DNA of 60,470 nt, counting the filler, from Hausera hauseri (lineage: Eukaryota): assembly GCA_046269625.1 (NCBI GenBank). It is 10 parts of 10 records of this genome, joined end to end, with 100 filler letters (N's around TTAATTAATTAA, not from the genome) between each part and the next. Parts side by side here need not be neighbours in the genome. Positions count along the whole stretch, not along the records: positions 13,269 to 25,415 come from JBJURY010047775.1; positions 25,516 to 29,503 come from JBJURY010836970.1; positions 29,604 to 33,991 come from JBJURY010605999.1; 7 more parts are not named here. The stretch is one strand, 5' to 3'. The position numbers and the translations under genes were made by a program. Under the pieces are notes generated by a model, which saw only the letters and a program-made list of their open reading frames with translations, was not told where the DNA came from and searched no databases. Below, in pieces: positions 21,250 to 34,091 of this stretch (positions are counted from its first letter, which is position 1; every line of letters begins with the position of its first letter).

Positions 21250-24140
21250 TGAATTGGATAGAGCATCAACATCACGAGAGATGGGTACAGGAAAAAATTA
21301 GAGCTTGAAAATATTATAAGCGAAGAACAAATAAACATTCGCTGTCTACAAAATATTGATCTGAATAGAGATATATCATTTCGAATCAGAGACTATCACG
21401 ACTCAGATCTGACTGTCAGAACAGAAGTAAAGGTGGAATATTGATAGTGGTAAAAAAAACAATATTAGTACACGCCATATGAAAGCATATATAAAAGGGG
21501 CAGAATGTCAAACGCTCCGTGTGGAAACAAACTTCCACCTGGCCAACTACAACAGTCCAAATAATCACCGCCTTGCTCTGGGCACAATCACCATGGGAGA
21601 GAGCACGATAGTTCTGGACACTTAGTAGTCACTCACAGAGCTGGGTTATGATCATATTGACAGGTTAGCAAGTTAGCTCGAAAGTTGACAAGATGACCAT
21701 GGACTCATCTGCTAAACCAACCAGATGCCCCACCAACATTTTATTCGAGATCATGGCACAATACTTCAACATTTGAGTTTGCATTTCGCTAGCCAGGCTT
21801 GGAATGGAGCATGTCAAGAGTTGTGGGAAACAACTGGGAGGCTGTCACAACGGGCCAGTTATCCTAACCGTGTAAACAAAACAACGAAAGAAACACCCCT
21901 CATAAGATGGCAGACTCGACAATGTTCCAACATCGCAAAAACATTTGAACCAGAAACATACAGATTGGGAGGAGGGACATCAATAAAATAGATGATGAAT
22001 TTAATAAATGCATTCTGAACGCTGCACATGAGACAATCACAAGCCCGCAGAGACTATAAGCCGTTCTTAAGTAAAGAAATAGAGCAGCTACAGAACGATG
22101 AAGAAATGGCACAAAAATAAATCGAGACTAGACACAAAAATTACTAGCATGCCAAGGGCAAGTTCAAAGGGGCAAAGCTTAAAATAAGACTCAAAGCTGG
22201 AAATAGAAAAGATAATTCCCAACTTCAAAAAAGATACAAAGAAACTCTGGAGGTTGGAAAAACAACTTAGTCATGAGGATACAGATACAAAATCCAGTGT
22301 TTGATTTATAAAAGTAAACAACATGCTTATTGGACAGCAAACAGCGAATCATCTGGCAGACATCTTTGCTGAAGACAACAATGTTGAAATCACCCCAGAG
22401 AAACAACAGAAGGTTTCAAAAAACGCTAAAACTGGGGGAGGGGGTGGGAAGGCAACAGGCCAGAAGTCATTGAACCGCCAGTCACATGTGGAAAACCTGA
22501 TCTGGCAATATCCAATCTAGAACCCACGAAATCACCAGGACCAGATAAGGTGACTAATGAAATGATTAAGAACCTGGGAAAGACAGCAAAATTACAATTG
22601 CTGGAAATATTTTTCCTGTTCTTGTTCTCGTTTGATCTCCATATCACCGAATGTTCGTTCTTCTGGATGAGTCCTTAGTCCTAAGAAGGAATCTGGAAAT
22701 GGAGTTTAGCATTCCCGCTGTTCCAGTGGTGACTACAAGAGCGGACCCAGGCCTTCCAGGCTTTAGTGCAATGCTTGGCCTGCTTGAAGTGATCCACCTC
22801 TCAAATAGGGACTAAGTCGATCCTCCCAACGTTGGCCAAAATGTCTTTTGTTTCTAGGACGCACGTGCGAAGAAGTGTTGAGATGTTGTGGCAGTTATGT
22901 TGGTCTTGGCCACGACTAGATCGCGAAGCGATCGCAGTCTCAGCGTCCCTTCTGGAAATATTAAACTTTAGTTGAGCATCTGATATGTTTCCACAAGCAT
23001 GCCGTGAAGGAATCATGATGCCACTATTAAAACCAGAGAAAGACAAATCCACATCATACGATTACAGAGTAATTAGTCTCACTAGCTGTCTATGTAAAAT
23101 CTTGGAGCACATTGTAAATCATAGAATGCAACAAGCATGTTTCAGGCAGTGCTGTTCTACAGAGGACCAGGCATCGTACCTATCTCAACAGATTGAGCTT
23201 GAATTTCAGGATAAAAAACTGGTGCTGGAAACATGCATAGATCTAAGGAAAGCATTTGATAAAGTCTGGAAAGAGGGACTGTTTATTAAATTTTGAAATA
23301 GTAACGTGACCCGGAGGAAGTACAAATGGACTGAATCAAAAGTGTACAATAGAGGATCCCTGGTACAACTGGGTGGTCTAAAATGCAAAACAATTTTACT
23401 ACAGCATGGAGTCCCCCAGGGATGAGTCTCTTATCTCCCACACTCTTTTTCGATATTTATAAATGACTTGATTTCAGAACTACCACATGGAATACAAGAC
23501 GCAATGTACGCGGATATCCTGGTATTGTGACGCACAGAAGAACATGGCAAAGTAGCCATCAAACAGCTACAGAGAGCAGTAGATGCCCTAACCAAGTGGG
23601 CAAACAAAATATGTGTCAGCAGAAATACATAAAAGACCAACACTACACTATTCATGCTCTCTCCAAAACAAAAACCAGGCATCATCAATATAAATGGAGA
23701 CACCAATAACAGAAGATTCTCAATACACCTACCTAGGAGCAATATTTGAAAACAGGATGACATGCAAACACAATATCAACAAAGCAGCAAACCATCCTTA
23801 GAAAATTAAGGGAACAACATGGGTAGCCAGTGCTAAAATAAGAAATGTCTACCAACAGGGTATAAGACCACACCTTGAGTGCGGCTCAGCAGCATGGTGC
23901 GCATCATCTAACAGTGCATACAAGAACTAGATATAGTACGAAACCAGGCACTTAGAGTAATCACAAGGCCAATGAAAAAACACCCACAGTGGAGATGGAA
24001 AAAATAGGATGCACACATGAATTATGAACGCCAAGATACAGGCTGAGGAACTCATATGTATGCCACACCATCCTATGAATGATAGATTTCATTACCTAGT
24101 CATGGGAAGACTGAACAGAGGCAGTTGTATCCACCAAAAA
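21250..24140 (+). mobile_element. Degenerate I/Ingi-like LINE ORF2 (APE endonuclease + RT)
   Basis: KSPGPDKVTNEMIKNL, YRVISLTSCLCKILEHIVNHR, DLRKAFDKVWKEGL, GVPQG..LSPTLFSIFINDL, MYAD. Confidence 0.85.
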
Positions 24141-25415
24141 TAGCGAAATATATCTTTGTGAAGTTGTTAGATCTTGTGATGTGAACATACCATCTCTGCT
24201 TCCGTTTCTTCATAGTTGTATGAAGATCATTGTATTGGTTAAAGATTTTTTAATTGTCTGATGTATTTGTTTGTTTGTTTGTATCTTGATCTATGAATGC
24301 TTTTGTTGTGAGAACTACCGATAATTTCTGATCTGTACTGCTTTTGGTGTCCAATGCTCGCATCCATACTGAATTACTGGTTTTACTGGTAAGATCAACG
24401 TGACATTGGATCACATTTATTCCTATTAAAAGCTAACTAACATAATTATAATAACAATAGTAATAAAATTAGTACCTTTCACAGTTTCAACAAATCCTGA
24501 AAAGAAATTGAAATATGTTAATTAAAGCATAAAATGTATTTAATAACAGTGAAAATGATAGTGGATTGTAATTTAGAATGAAGCGAACATTCCCTTTTTA
24601 TTAAAATAGGAAGTTTGCATTCAACGAGGACGTGTTGAAAGGTCTTGGCCAGTACGTTTGTTCCTGGCGCTGACGAGATCGTGAAGACATTAGTAAAGTG
24701 CGTCAAAAATATATATGTATATACAGCGAGGTATTATAATCACTGGAGATATTACAATCTCAAACCACCGCACCTGCATTTGAACCTCGGACCATGCAAT
24801 CAAAAACTAGCGCATTAACTACAAAGCCATCACGGCTTCGTAATACAAAAGTACACCATCTATCATTTTCCAAACGAAAGTCTATATCAAAGGTTGAATT
24901 CGTGATTTGCAGATATTTCCAGCCCAATTCACATTTTCCAGTTAGTAGATATCCTTATTTTACTTTGTATGGTTAATATTCTGAGCCTGAAGCGTGTCTT
25001 TATGTCATTATTTTCATCTGCATGGTTTGTCTTAATTTTATGGTTGGGGTGTATGGACCATGAGCTTCCCGCCATTTACACATGGATCTGAATTTTTTTT
25101 TGGATTTTACCCGACTGGAGCTCGTGAGCATGACCGGATGTTCACTTTGACTGCCTGGTTACACAAATCTATCTGCCTTTTCACTGCCTGGAATTCAGGC
25201 AATATCCAACCTGCACCAATATCCAATATAATGTGATCTGAAAAGTTATTGTCAAAGTTCTTTAATGCATTACTATCTCTTTTTATATTATATTATATAT
25301 TGGCTTTTTCGTCTTGTCAGACGGTTTTGAAAGCAGACAATGCTGGCTGCTGTCCTACTGAACAGCTTCTTTCATGGCTAAACTTACCAATGTTTGACTT
25401 ACAGATTCTGCCACA

Positions 25416-25515
25416 NNNNNNNNNNNNNNNNNNNNNNNNNNNNNNNNNNNNNNNNNNNNTTAATTAATTAANNNNNNNNNNNNNNNNNNNNNNNNNNNNN
25501 NNNNNNNNNNNNNNN
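25416..25515. other. Artificial contig linker
   Basis: N44-TTAATTAATTAA-N44. Confidence 0.98.
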
Positions 25516-26387
25516 CACATACGATTCGTTAAAGATACGATTTGGAATGCGACGACTTTTCGCGCCCAAATTTTCATCGAGAATGTTCGATTCGTCAATG
25601 GTTCGCTTTATTGCATGAGGCTTCGTTTGTGTCAAACTGTCATCGGCTAGATTTGAATCGTTGACAGTTTTCTTTGATTTGCGGGGTTTCTTTTCTTTCA
25701 AACTTTCATCACCGACATTGGATTCGTAGAGGGTTTTAATTGACTTGCGTTGTTTCTTTTCTTTCAGACTTTCATCGACTAAATGAGATTCGTTTGTAGC
25801 CTTGACTTTTCTCGGTATTTTGTTTAATTTAGCATTTCTTAGAGAACCAGCTTCCATGGTTAACATTATCTTAGATTCCGGAGAAGTTAAACCAAACTCA
25901 TTTCACTGTTTTTACTTTGTGTTGGTATTTTGGGCGTATCAATAGGCTTGAATGGATGTATATTATACAAGTCTTGAATTTGACTGCCTGTCAGTTTTAA
26001 TAATGTTGTAAACGATAAAGTGTCCATATCAGTTGTGATTTCTTCTGATAGTGTATCATTAACCTTTGCTTCTTTCTTAATCAATTTATCAGAAGAACTG
26101 ACAGTAACATCTTTTTGTAACGTGGTAGTTGTGGCACCAGAACATTCAGCATTTTCCGTGGAATTCAAGTTGTTAGTTTGACTATCTATATTTTCGATTT
26201 CACCTCGTACTTCGTCAGAATTATCTTTACCCACAATTTCACTGTGATCTTCGTCATTTTCTTCTTTGTCTATAATTTCTCTTTCATTTTTCTCAGTTTC
26301 ATCTTTATCTACAACTTCAATATCATTTTTGTCATTTTTACCAGCATCCGACACAAACAGTAATATGTTTTCTTCCGTTTTTATCAT
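25516..26387 (-). CDS. Low-complexity acidic/basic protein fragment with 22-aa tandem repeats
   Basis: Two adjacent ORFs in different frames; repeat units TLYESNVGDESLKEKKPRKSKK, TVNDSNLADDSLTQTKPHAIKR, TIDESNILDENLGAKSRRIPNR. Confidence 0.4.
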
Positions 26388-26759
26388 CTTTGAGTCCGAT
26401 TTGCATAAAATATCTTCAAATCATTTCATGCAATTATAGCAGAAAATTTTATATAAGACCGTCTAACGGCCTTCAACACTCGGTAAAACATGATTATTTT
26501 CGCCTTCCAGTTTTCCGAACCCTGCCAGAGGTCATATATTCATTATTTTGCACACTGTTTTTATATCACGCATATTCATTTAACAGTCTAACCTTTAACA
26601 ACCCTTATTTTTATACAACTTTTTATGTACAGTACAACCAACATGGACACACATACATTTATATATACACTATATATGATTTTATATATATATACACATA
26701 TATATCTTATGCGTCCTCTATCTCTCTTCCGTTGAAGTTCGACCGGATTCCCTAACCAG

Positions 26760-29503
26760 TCAATCTGGTTCCAACAGATGGTTTAAGGCAAGTAAACCCG
26801 CTAAAGGCCATGTAAAATTTCAAATACAGTTCACAGACAAAATAAATGATGTAACGAAAATGTGTGAATTCCAATACGGAATACAGCCGAAATGTTGCGA
26901 ATTGGACTTCGGACAAACAGACAAATACAAATTTCGTATGTACTATTACAAAATTCTCGGAGTCCAAACGGACGTAAATCTGCAGTTCGAAATAGCCATG
27001 CCAGGACAAAATAGAACAAACAAAGCGGAAATTAACAATTTAATTCAAAGTACTTACCCACAAGACAAATCTTGAATGATAACATAATCGGAATCTTTAA
27101 GGGCATCAAAAATAGATGTATTCAGATAAAAACCAAAACAGAATTAACGGGTAAGAGACAAATTTCCATTCGGTTCATGCCAATAAAAAGTCATTCCCCC
27201 AGTAAATTATTGTTACGTCGGATGTGATAGAACCAATCCATGTTGTAAAATACCAATGAGTCACAAATTCAAAATACAGTTCGATCTATAAAAAACCCGA
27301 CACAACGAACCAAGTATTTATCTAAGTAGCTATTATCCGAAAGATCGAGTATAGAAAAATCCTTTTCCAGTAATTCCGAGAAAACCGTCTTCTGTTTCAT
27401 GTACAATGACTGTTACTAATATCGTCACTTCGAGTAAAATGCCTGAAAGAGAATTAGAAAATATACCTTTTAAATATTTGAAGCACCACTATAAAATTGT
27501 TTTTCGTTGAGGAAAAGTTAAACTACGATATTAAGACCGAATGCCGCACCTTACACACCAGTCAGACAGTAATATTAAAAAATGGCAGCCACGAAACCAA
27601 ATGTAAACTATTACGACCACAACAAGACTATGTAATTCAAGTCTTTGCAACCAATAAAAAAGGCAAAACTTTTACGCTACGAACATTGAGCGAAATTCAT
27701 GCAAAACCCTGTGTATATTAATACCGAAAATATGGTTACCACTGAAAAATCAACTGAACTAACAACCTTGCCGATAATATCAATTTTCGGTTTGTCAACA
27801 CTTGTTATCATGATGATAATTGCGACTATTTTATTAATTTTCAAAAATTGTACTAAGCGTTGTAAAAATCAGAAGGTAGATATTAGGGTGAAAGTGTACC
27901 GAGACGAAAATAACCTGACAAATGCAGATCGAGATATCCTATCATCAGAATGAGAAAATATTTCATTTTGAAACGATGATCTGCCTTAGGCTTAATCTTT
28001 ATTTCTTTATTTTTAGAAGTGTAAATATGGCGGAAAAGCCGAAATTATCAGTTCAAACCAAAAGAGAAGACACTATGTTGAAGAATTTTTCCGTGAACAT
28101 GTAAGAGTATTAATGCCAATTCCAAATCCCTAAACCGCCAAATGAACACAGAATTACAAAACAAAACATTCCTAGAAATTAACGAAGAAAATAAAGTACT
28201 AAACGAACTAAAAGGAATTACGGAGGAAAGTTGAACTATCCGATTACATGCAATGGGAAATGACCCAAACGCTCGTATTTATGCGCTGAAATATCTGATA
28301 AATTACGAAACAGGCAACAACTAACAAATTTACATTCCCCTGGTAGAAGGCGAACTAAATTATAGAATCATCGAACAAACTTGGGACCTTAATCAATGCA
28401 GACAATGTAGGTTAAGCACCTTTAGTCTCTGCAGTGGTAGTTTTGTGCAAATGCGAACTAGAGTTTCGGATTATTGTAGTGTCAACAAAGATTATGTTCG
28501 AAATTACGTACGAAGATATACTTTTCGTCATCTTTTCCCCATAGTATCAAGAACTGCCATTGGAAAAGATGTAGAACAACATATAATGACGATCTACTAT
28601 CTAGAAAATGAAGAAGGCTCTTATGTTCCTATTGAAATTTCAAACCAAGAAATAAACAGAAAGAAAACACTTTCCAAGATTATTGCGCCTTGGGAAAGAG
28701 TCTGGGAAACTTTTCTGGACTTCACCGGAATTGAAAGGGAAAATCTCATCGAAGGGAGAGATATGAAAATACTTAAAGAAGTAAATCATGCAATATACGG
28801 GTGCATAATCGTTGGATATCAAGTCCAGAATGTGGGAGAGAAGATGTATATTAGACTCGAGAACATCGCAGGGATACGCGAAATGGATATACACTCGGTA
28901 GTTACGAAATAATTAGTAGTCACACTACAACAAAAGAATGGCTGTTTGCCCCTAACTGTAGAAGCTGGGTTTAAACTTATGCTAGAAGCCATGAGTGCTA
29001 AATACGTCCATATATAAAAACTATTATCAGCGAGATAGCGCAGTCAATACCTCCGAGATATCTATGTAGCTTTAAATTGGAACCATGAATGGTTACCAGA
29101 AAATTCGACACAGAACCTTCGAAGTAGAACTAACCTAGAAATGTTGAGCCATAAACACAGAAAAAATTACCGCGCTTATTCCAAAATATGAATTATTAAC
29201 CCCACGGAGGGAAACAATTTCCATGTCACTATTCCCACGCGGATAGAACGGAAACAACTCGACAACTCAAGGACTGCCTCGGAAGGAATAAATAGGCCAA
29301 GCACCAGTTATGGAATCAATTCAAAATTTCAATGAGCCGCATATCAGAAGAACGACAATTCAAAATACCAGAGGTTCCAAAGAAAACAAAGAAACTGAAG
29401 ATTGATGAGCCTCTCAAAGAAAAAAACGGAAATCTTTCTACGACTACCTCATCGGAAGAAAAGACAAATCCAAGAAGGAAAGGCACGAATCCCTCCATAT
29501 AAC
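26760..29503 (+). mobile_element. Copy C (more divergent) of the 3' cassette: FN3 membrane protein + orphan ORF
   Basis: CEFQYGIQPKCC; CYVGCDRTNPCC; CKLLRPQQDYVIQVFATN; TM LPIISIFGLSTLVIMMII; YALKYLINY; QYLRDIYVALNWNHEWLP; FKIPEVPKK. Confidence 0.85.
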
Positions 29504-29603
29504 NNNNNNNNNNNNNNNNNNNNNNNNNNNNNNNNNNNNNNNNNNNNTTAATTAATTAANNNNNNNNNNNNNNNNNNNNNNNNNNNNNNNNNNNNNNNNN
29601 NNN
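29504..29603. other. Artificial contig linker
   Basis: N44-TTAATTAATTAA-N44. Confidence 0.98.
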
Positions 29604-30392
29604 TGGATCATAATCTGCCATGTATTTGTTGTTGGCCTCACTGTACCTGTGAATGACCTGGCAGATTCCGCCCCTGATGCCTCTCTCAACCATGAGGACC
29701 ATATTGTAATCGTTCAAGATCTGGAACCTTATGCCTGTATAGCGCAGCATCGCCGCCCAGCTTATTCCTGGAGCTGTAAAGAAATGGGCTGGATCTAACT
29801 TGCGACTCTTAAGGGTCACATCCCGGAAGCTTTCGAAGACATCTGTAAGCAACAGCACATCTATGAGGAGATAGATATCACTGTATTCCCCTATTGTCCA
29901 GCATTGGAAGGTCTGCCATACTCTTTGGGCGTGCTCATAGTCAGCATCGCTAATATGACTGGATGACAACAGACTATAGAAGTCCTCCTTGGCCGGTAAT
30001 GCTTCTTCATCCAGTATCCTTGAGCTCATCAGCTGGAAGATTCTTTACGAGGCTGTCCAGTGACGAGTTCATGAAGCGGAAGCTATTGATGAAGCGAAGT
30101 CTAATGCGGCCCACATGCTTCGTGAAGGTGATGTACTTCTCACTATTTGGAATCACATCAATGTTTCCCTCGATATTACCCTATTCTCGAACAATGAAGT
30201 GTGAATCGTATCTACTAAGATTGTGTAATAACGCAAGAACATATGTACATGTCTTGCAGCGTAAGTTGCAATTGTTGCACGCTGCGCCTTGGTATATGCC
30301 TGTAAAATGGCTGTGATCCCTGACTTTATGCTTGTCTCATGTGAATGGCTTTCTGCATAAGTAACATGTTGCTGCTTTGTGCCTATGGTGTC
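29604..30392 (-). pseudogene. pPolB fragment (exonuclease/EndoVII region, with internal deletion)
   Basis: DVLLLTDVFESFR, LDPAHFFTAPG, ERGIRGGI; continues the fragment at 32500-33950. Confidence 0.9.
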
Positions 30393-32500
30393 CACAGCGG
30401 CCGGTGCCTTTTGGCCAATTTAGTCGGGCACGGCCGGGCCTCCGTTGCCACCGCGTCGGGCCCATAGTTGGGCCCGATTCCGCGCCTCGAAAATTTTCCT
30501 AAATTTGTCGACAGGAGCAAGCACCACTGAATTTTGATTATATTTTGTAATGGTTATATTAAACAAATACCTGTAATATAAGATCTGAAGAGAGCCATAC
30601 TAGAATTGTTCAACTATACTGTGAAGAACTATCCAACGGTGTATATCTGTGCCATTTGGCCAACATTCTCATTTCCTATAGCATTCCTACCGTCTATACG
30701 TCCAGTCCCGGTCAGCGTGAATTAGGAAAACGGAAATCAAGAAAGAATTTTAAAAAAATACTTTTTGGAAACTTGTCGACGAAACGGTGTTCCTGAAATC
30801 TGCAATCGAGGCTTTCTGCACATCATGAAACATCTCAAAACAAAATCTCTAAAACAATGCAGTAGAAAACAACCAAATCGTTCCTCACATTTAAATCTGG
30901 ACTTTACCAATTTCACCAAAACGTTTCCTGCAAGTTAGTCTCATATCGAAACCATTACAAATGAAAATGGAAACTCATCCCATCTGCCATCTGCCGATTA
31001 TGAAAGCGATTCAGAAAATGCATTCACCGAAGAGTATAATAACAGTCCAAAATCCCAGCTCAACAACACAGAAGATTCTATGAAAGAACAATTAACACGT
31101 TCTGATTTGGGTTACAATACTCAATGAAACCCAAAAATCCGAATTTGCTCAGAAAGAAATTCCAAAATTTCCGGGAAGTCAAAGACGATAAAATACATGG
31201 CAATTTGGCGGCTGAGACGAAAAATGAAACGGGCCCAACGATGAATCTGTATTCACCAGATGGAATGTCTAAAAAGAATCGAAATTATTGGTCTTTGAAT
31301 ATGACAAGTGCTATGCTCAGCTTTTATCAGACATACAGACCATCACGCTTCGGTTTTAACCAAAAGAATAATGATAATATCAAAAGTCGACGAGCTAGTC
31401 TGCCTGATGAGAACACTGACGAATATGATACAGCGAACGTGGCCGAAGCCAATTCTCAGTGTATTGTTATTGTAGATAACTCAACTTACGATATGGATAA
31501 ACCAGCTAATCTTTCTGCCGCTATTTAAAAGCAGTCAAACAATAACAATATATTAAGAGAGAGAGTTCCACAGTCCTATCAAATCACCCACATCATCAGA
31601 CTATCACAAACCAGAATACAAACCAAAACCCAGACTAACGAATAATGTCAGACGTTTTAGCATCGACAGAACAACTGGAAACAATATCCAAAATCAAGTT
31701 CATGAAACGATAAAGAAATTTCATAAAATTATCGAGGCCCAATTACATGTACAGATTAACTCTAAGAAACTCTGTGATTCAACAATCTCTGATTTATCTA
31801 AACGTCTACAGGCTTTTATTTTTAATGTCTGGGAGGGAAAGGAAGACATTCTCAAGAAATATTACTCACAGACCGTCAATACAAACAAACCGTGACTTTT
31901 CATCGGAAGAAATTGATCTCAATAATTCCGATTTTTCTAGATTCTTATTTTTGAAACGAATGACTAGCAATTCGATTATCTATGGCAACGTAATTTTCTG
32001 TATTGTTTTCTAATTCCATTTTTATTCGTATTTTTGTCACTGTTTAATTGATAATTTTGTGGGACATAATGGATTAGTGCCGTGTTGTATATGTAAATAA
32101 TGTTTTGGCAATTTGTTTAAAAAAAATTTAAAAAAATTTTACACGTTTGAATTCGAACTCTTGTTGAGCCATATTTAGCGTAAAAATTCCTTCTTGGTTT
32201 AATCTTACAATTATCAATCGAAATTTGCTTATATTTGGAAATTTATTGTTTCAGTTTCTATAAGCGTGAACGGTGTGATCATATTTCAATTGTTGCTACG
32301 AATTTGCATATTTGGCCTATTTATTGTGTATTCAATAGTTGGTTGATTACAAGGTTAAAGAAACAATGCAAGTCGCAATAAATTCGTTCGGAGCTGGTGT
32401 ATACAGATGTCATCTTATTTTCGTGCAGAAGCGAACAAACCAACATCGGAGTTTAATTTGTCCATTTATAAGACCTAATAGTGCCATTCACATTTTTCTT
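30393..32500. mobile_element. ~2.1-kb insertion splitting the pPolB, with a GC-rich palindromic left end
   Basis: pPolB reads ..LQQHKGYMVM on the right side and ..HKAATCY on the left side. Left end starts CACAGC and contains TCGGGCCCA-tagt-TGGGCCCGA (30456-30477). Confidence 0.55.
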
Positions 32501-33950
32501 GCTGGGACATCACCATGTAGCCCTTATGCTGCTGCAACGTCTTCAAATTTGTGGGCATACTGTTCCAGACGCTACATAAAATCTGCTGCTGCATTTAAAC
32601 CCCTGTATATGTAGGGTTCTTTGTCCAGTCCTCTGACATACATGCAGTATGATGATAACTCATAGTACTGGTATGCTGTAATACTGCTTTGCTGCAGATT
32701 GGGGCTGCAGCTGTGAACTGGGCTGAGGATGGCCTCAAAGTCACAATATATGACAATCGGCACGTTCTGCATCTTCTCGAACTCCTTGAATTCCAGGTAA
32801 TCCTCCTTGGGGAATTCTGCTCAGCTGCAATAGTTTGTATTGCAGTAGGTCTTGTGCTTTTCCAGCTTTTCTGAGGCTGTCTCAAATAAAATGGGTAATG
32901 CATCTTTTGCATATTTCTAGCCGGGATTTATGCTTGGATATTTGAGATCCTACGAGGCGCTCAAAATTCTTGACCCAGATGAAATGCCTCGTTTCTCCAT
33001 TATCTAGCAGAAGCAGATCCCTATGATCCCCCAATTTTTCCTTGCACACATGTAAGGGATAAAATTTGTCCTCCAATCCGATGATGTTGATGGAGATGTT
33101 GTTTACGCTTTCAAATTTCGCGACTTCATCTAGGCTCGGCGAGAATGAAATACAGCTGAAGTCGTATGTGTGCGGCACTTTGTCATATATGAAAACTCGG
33201 GAAGCATTATGTTGATCCTGGACTAGTTTTGATAAAATAGAATACATGAAACACATGCTGTCCTCATTATGGGCATTGATGCATGCCTTTTTCTTAACAA
33301 TCCATTCAGGAAGCGGTATGTAGGAGCAGCCTCTCATGAGAGAATACTTCTGCACATGCACAAGTAACCCCTTTATTTTTGCTAATGTCCAACCGCTCTT
33401 CTTGTCATGGCTTTCTTCGGCTTCGCGGAGGAGCCTTGCATAGTCCTCTGTAATGAAATCATTAATGTTAGAGGATTTTAATCGTGGCCTGTTCTTTATC
33501 TTGAAGACTCTATTAGACAGCTCTCCTTTGACATTGGTGAAGGTGGCTTCTAATTTGAAGTTCACGTTAAGGACCTTCAGCTCCAACAAGTTGTCCTGGA
33601 GAATTCCTGCTGCCTCCTTTTGAATATTCCAGGAATTCATGGAGCGATGTTTGCCCCATTGCTGTTATGAAGTATCGCCGTACTTTGCTCTTCAGTGCAA
33701 CTACATGAACTGGTCGATGCCGTTGACTTTTTCTCGATACGTTATTCGCTGCCTGGGATGCAGGGCGTTGTGTTGAGGTTGATGCTGCATGCGCTGCAGA
33801 TGTACAAGGCATGACAGGAACAATGCCTTCCATCTGTGCAGATAAGGTTGGTATAACTGGAACAATACCTGCCATCTGTGCAGGTGTTGAATGCATAAGA
33901 GGAACAATGCTTGTCTTGAATATGGCCGTTTTGGACTTAGCCGTGAAATC
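32500..33950 (-). pseudogene. pPolB N-terminal part (terminal-protein/OTU-like region)
   Basis: SGWTL, GCSYIPLPEWIVKKKACINAHNEDSMCFMYSIL, HFIWVKNFERL, VIYCDFEA. Confidence 0.9.
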
Positions 33951-33991
33951 GCGCTAGTGGGTTTTATGAAATTTATAAAACTTACAGTATT

Positions 33992-34091
33992 NNNNNNNNN
34001 NNNNNNNNNNNNNNNNNNNNNNNNNNNNNNNNNNNTTAATTAATTAANNNNNNNNNNNNNNNNNNNNNNNNNNNNNNNNNNNNNNNNNNNN
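33992..34091. other. Artificial contig linker
   Basis: N44-TTAATTAATTAA-N44. Confidence 0.98.

Noticed and set aside
24760-24840. tRNA-like B-box (ATTTGAACC), also near 17795
   Set aside because: Too degenerate for a tRNA gene; probably SINE debris.
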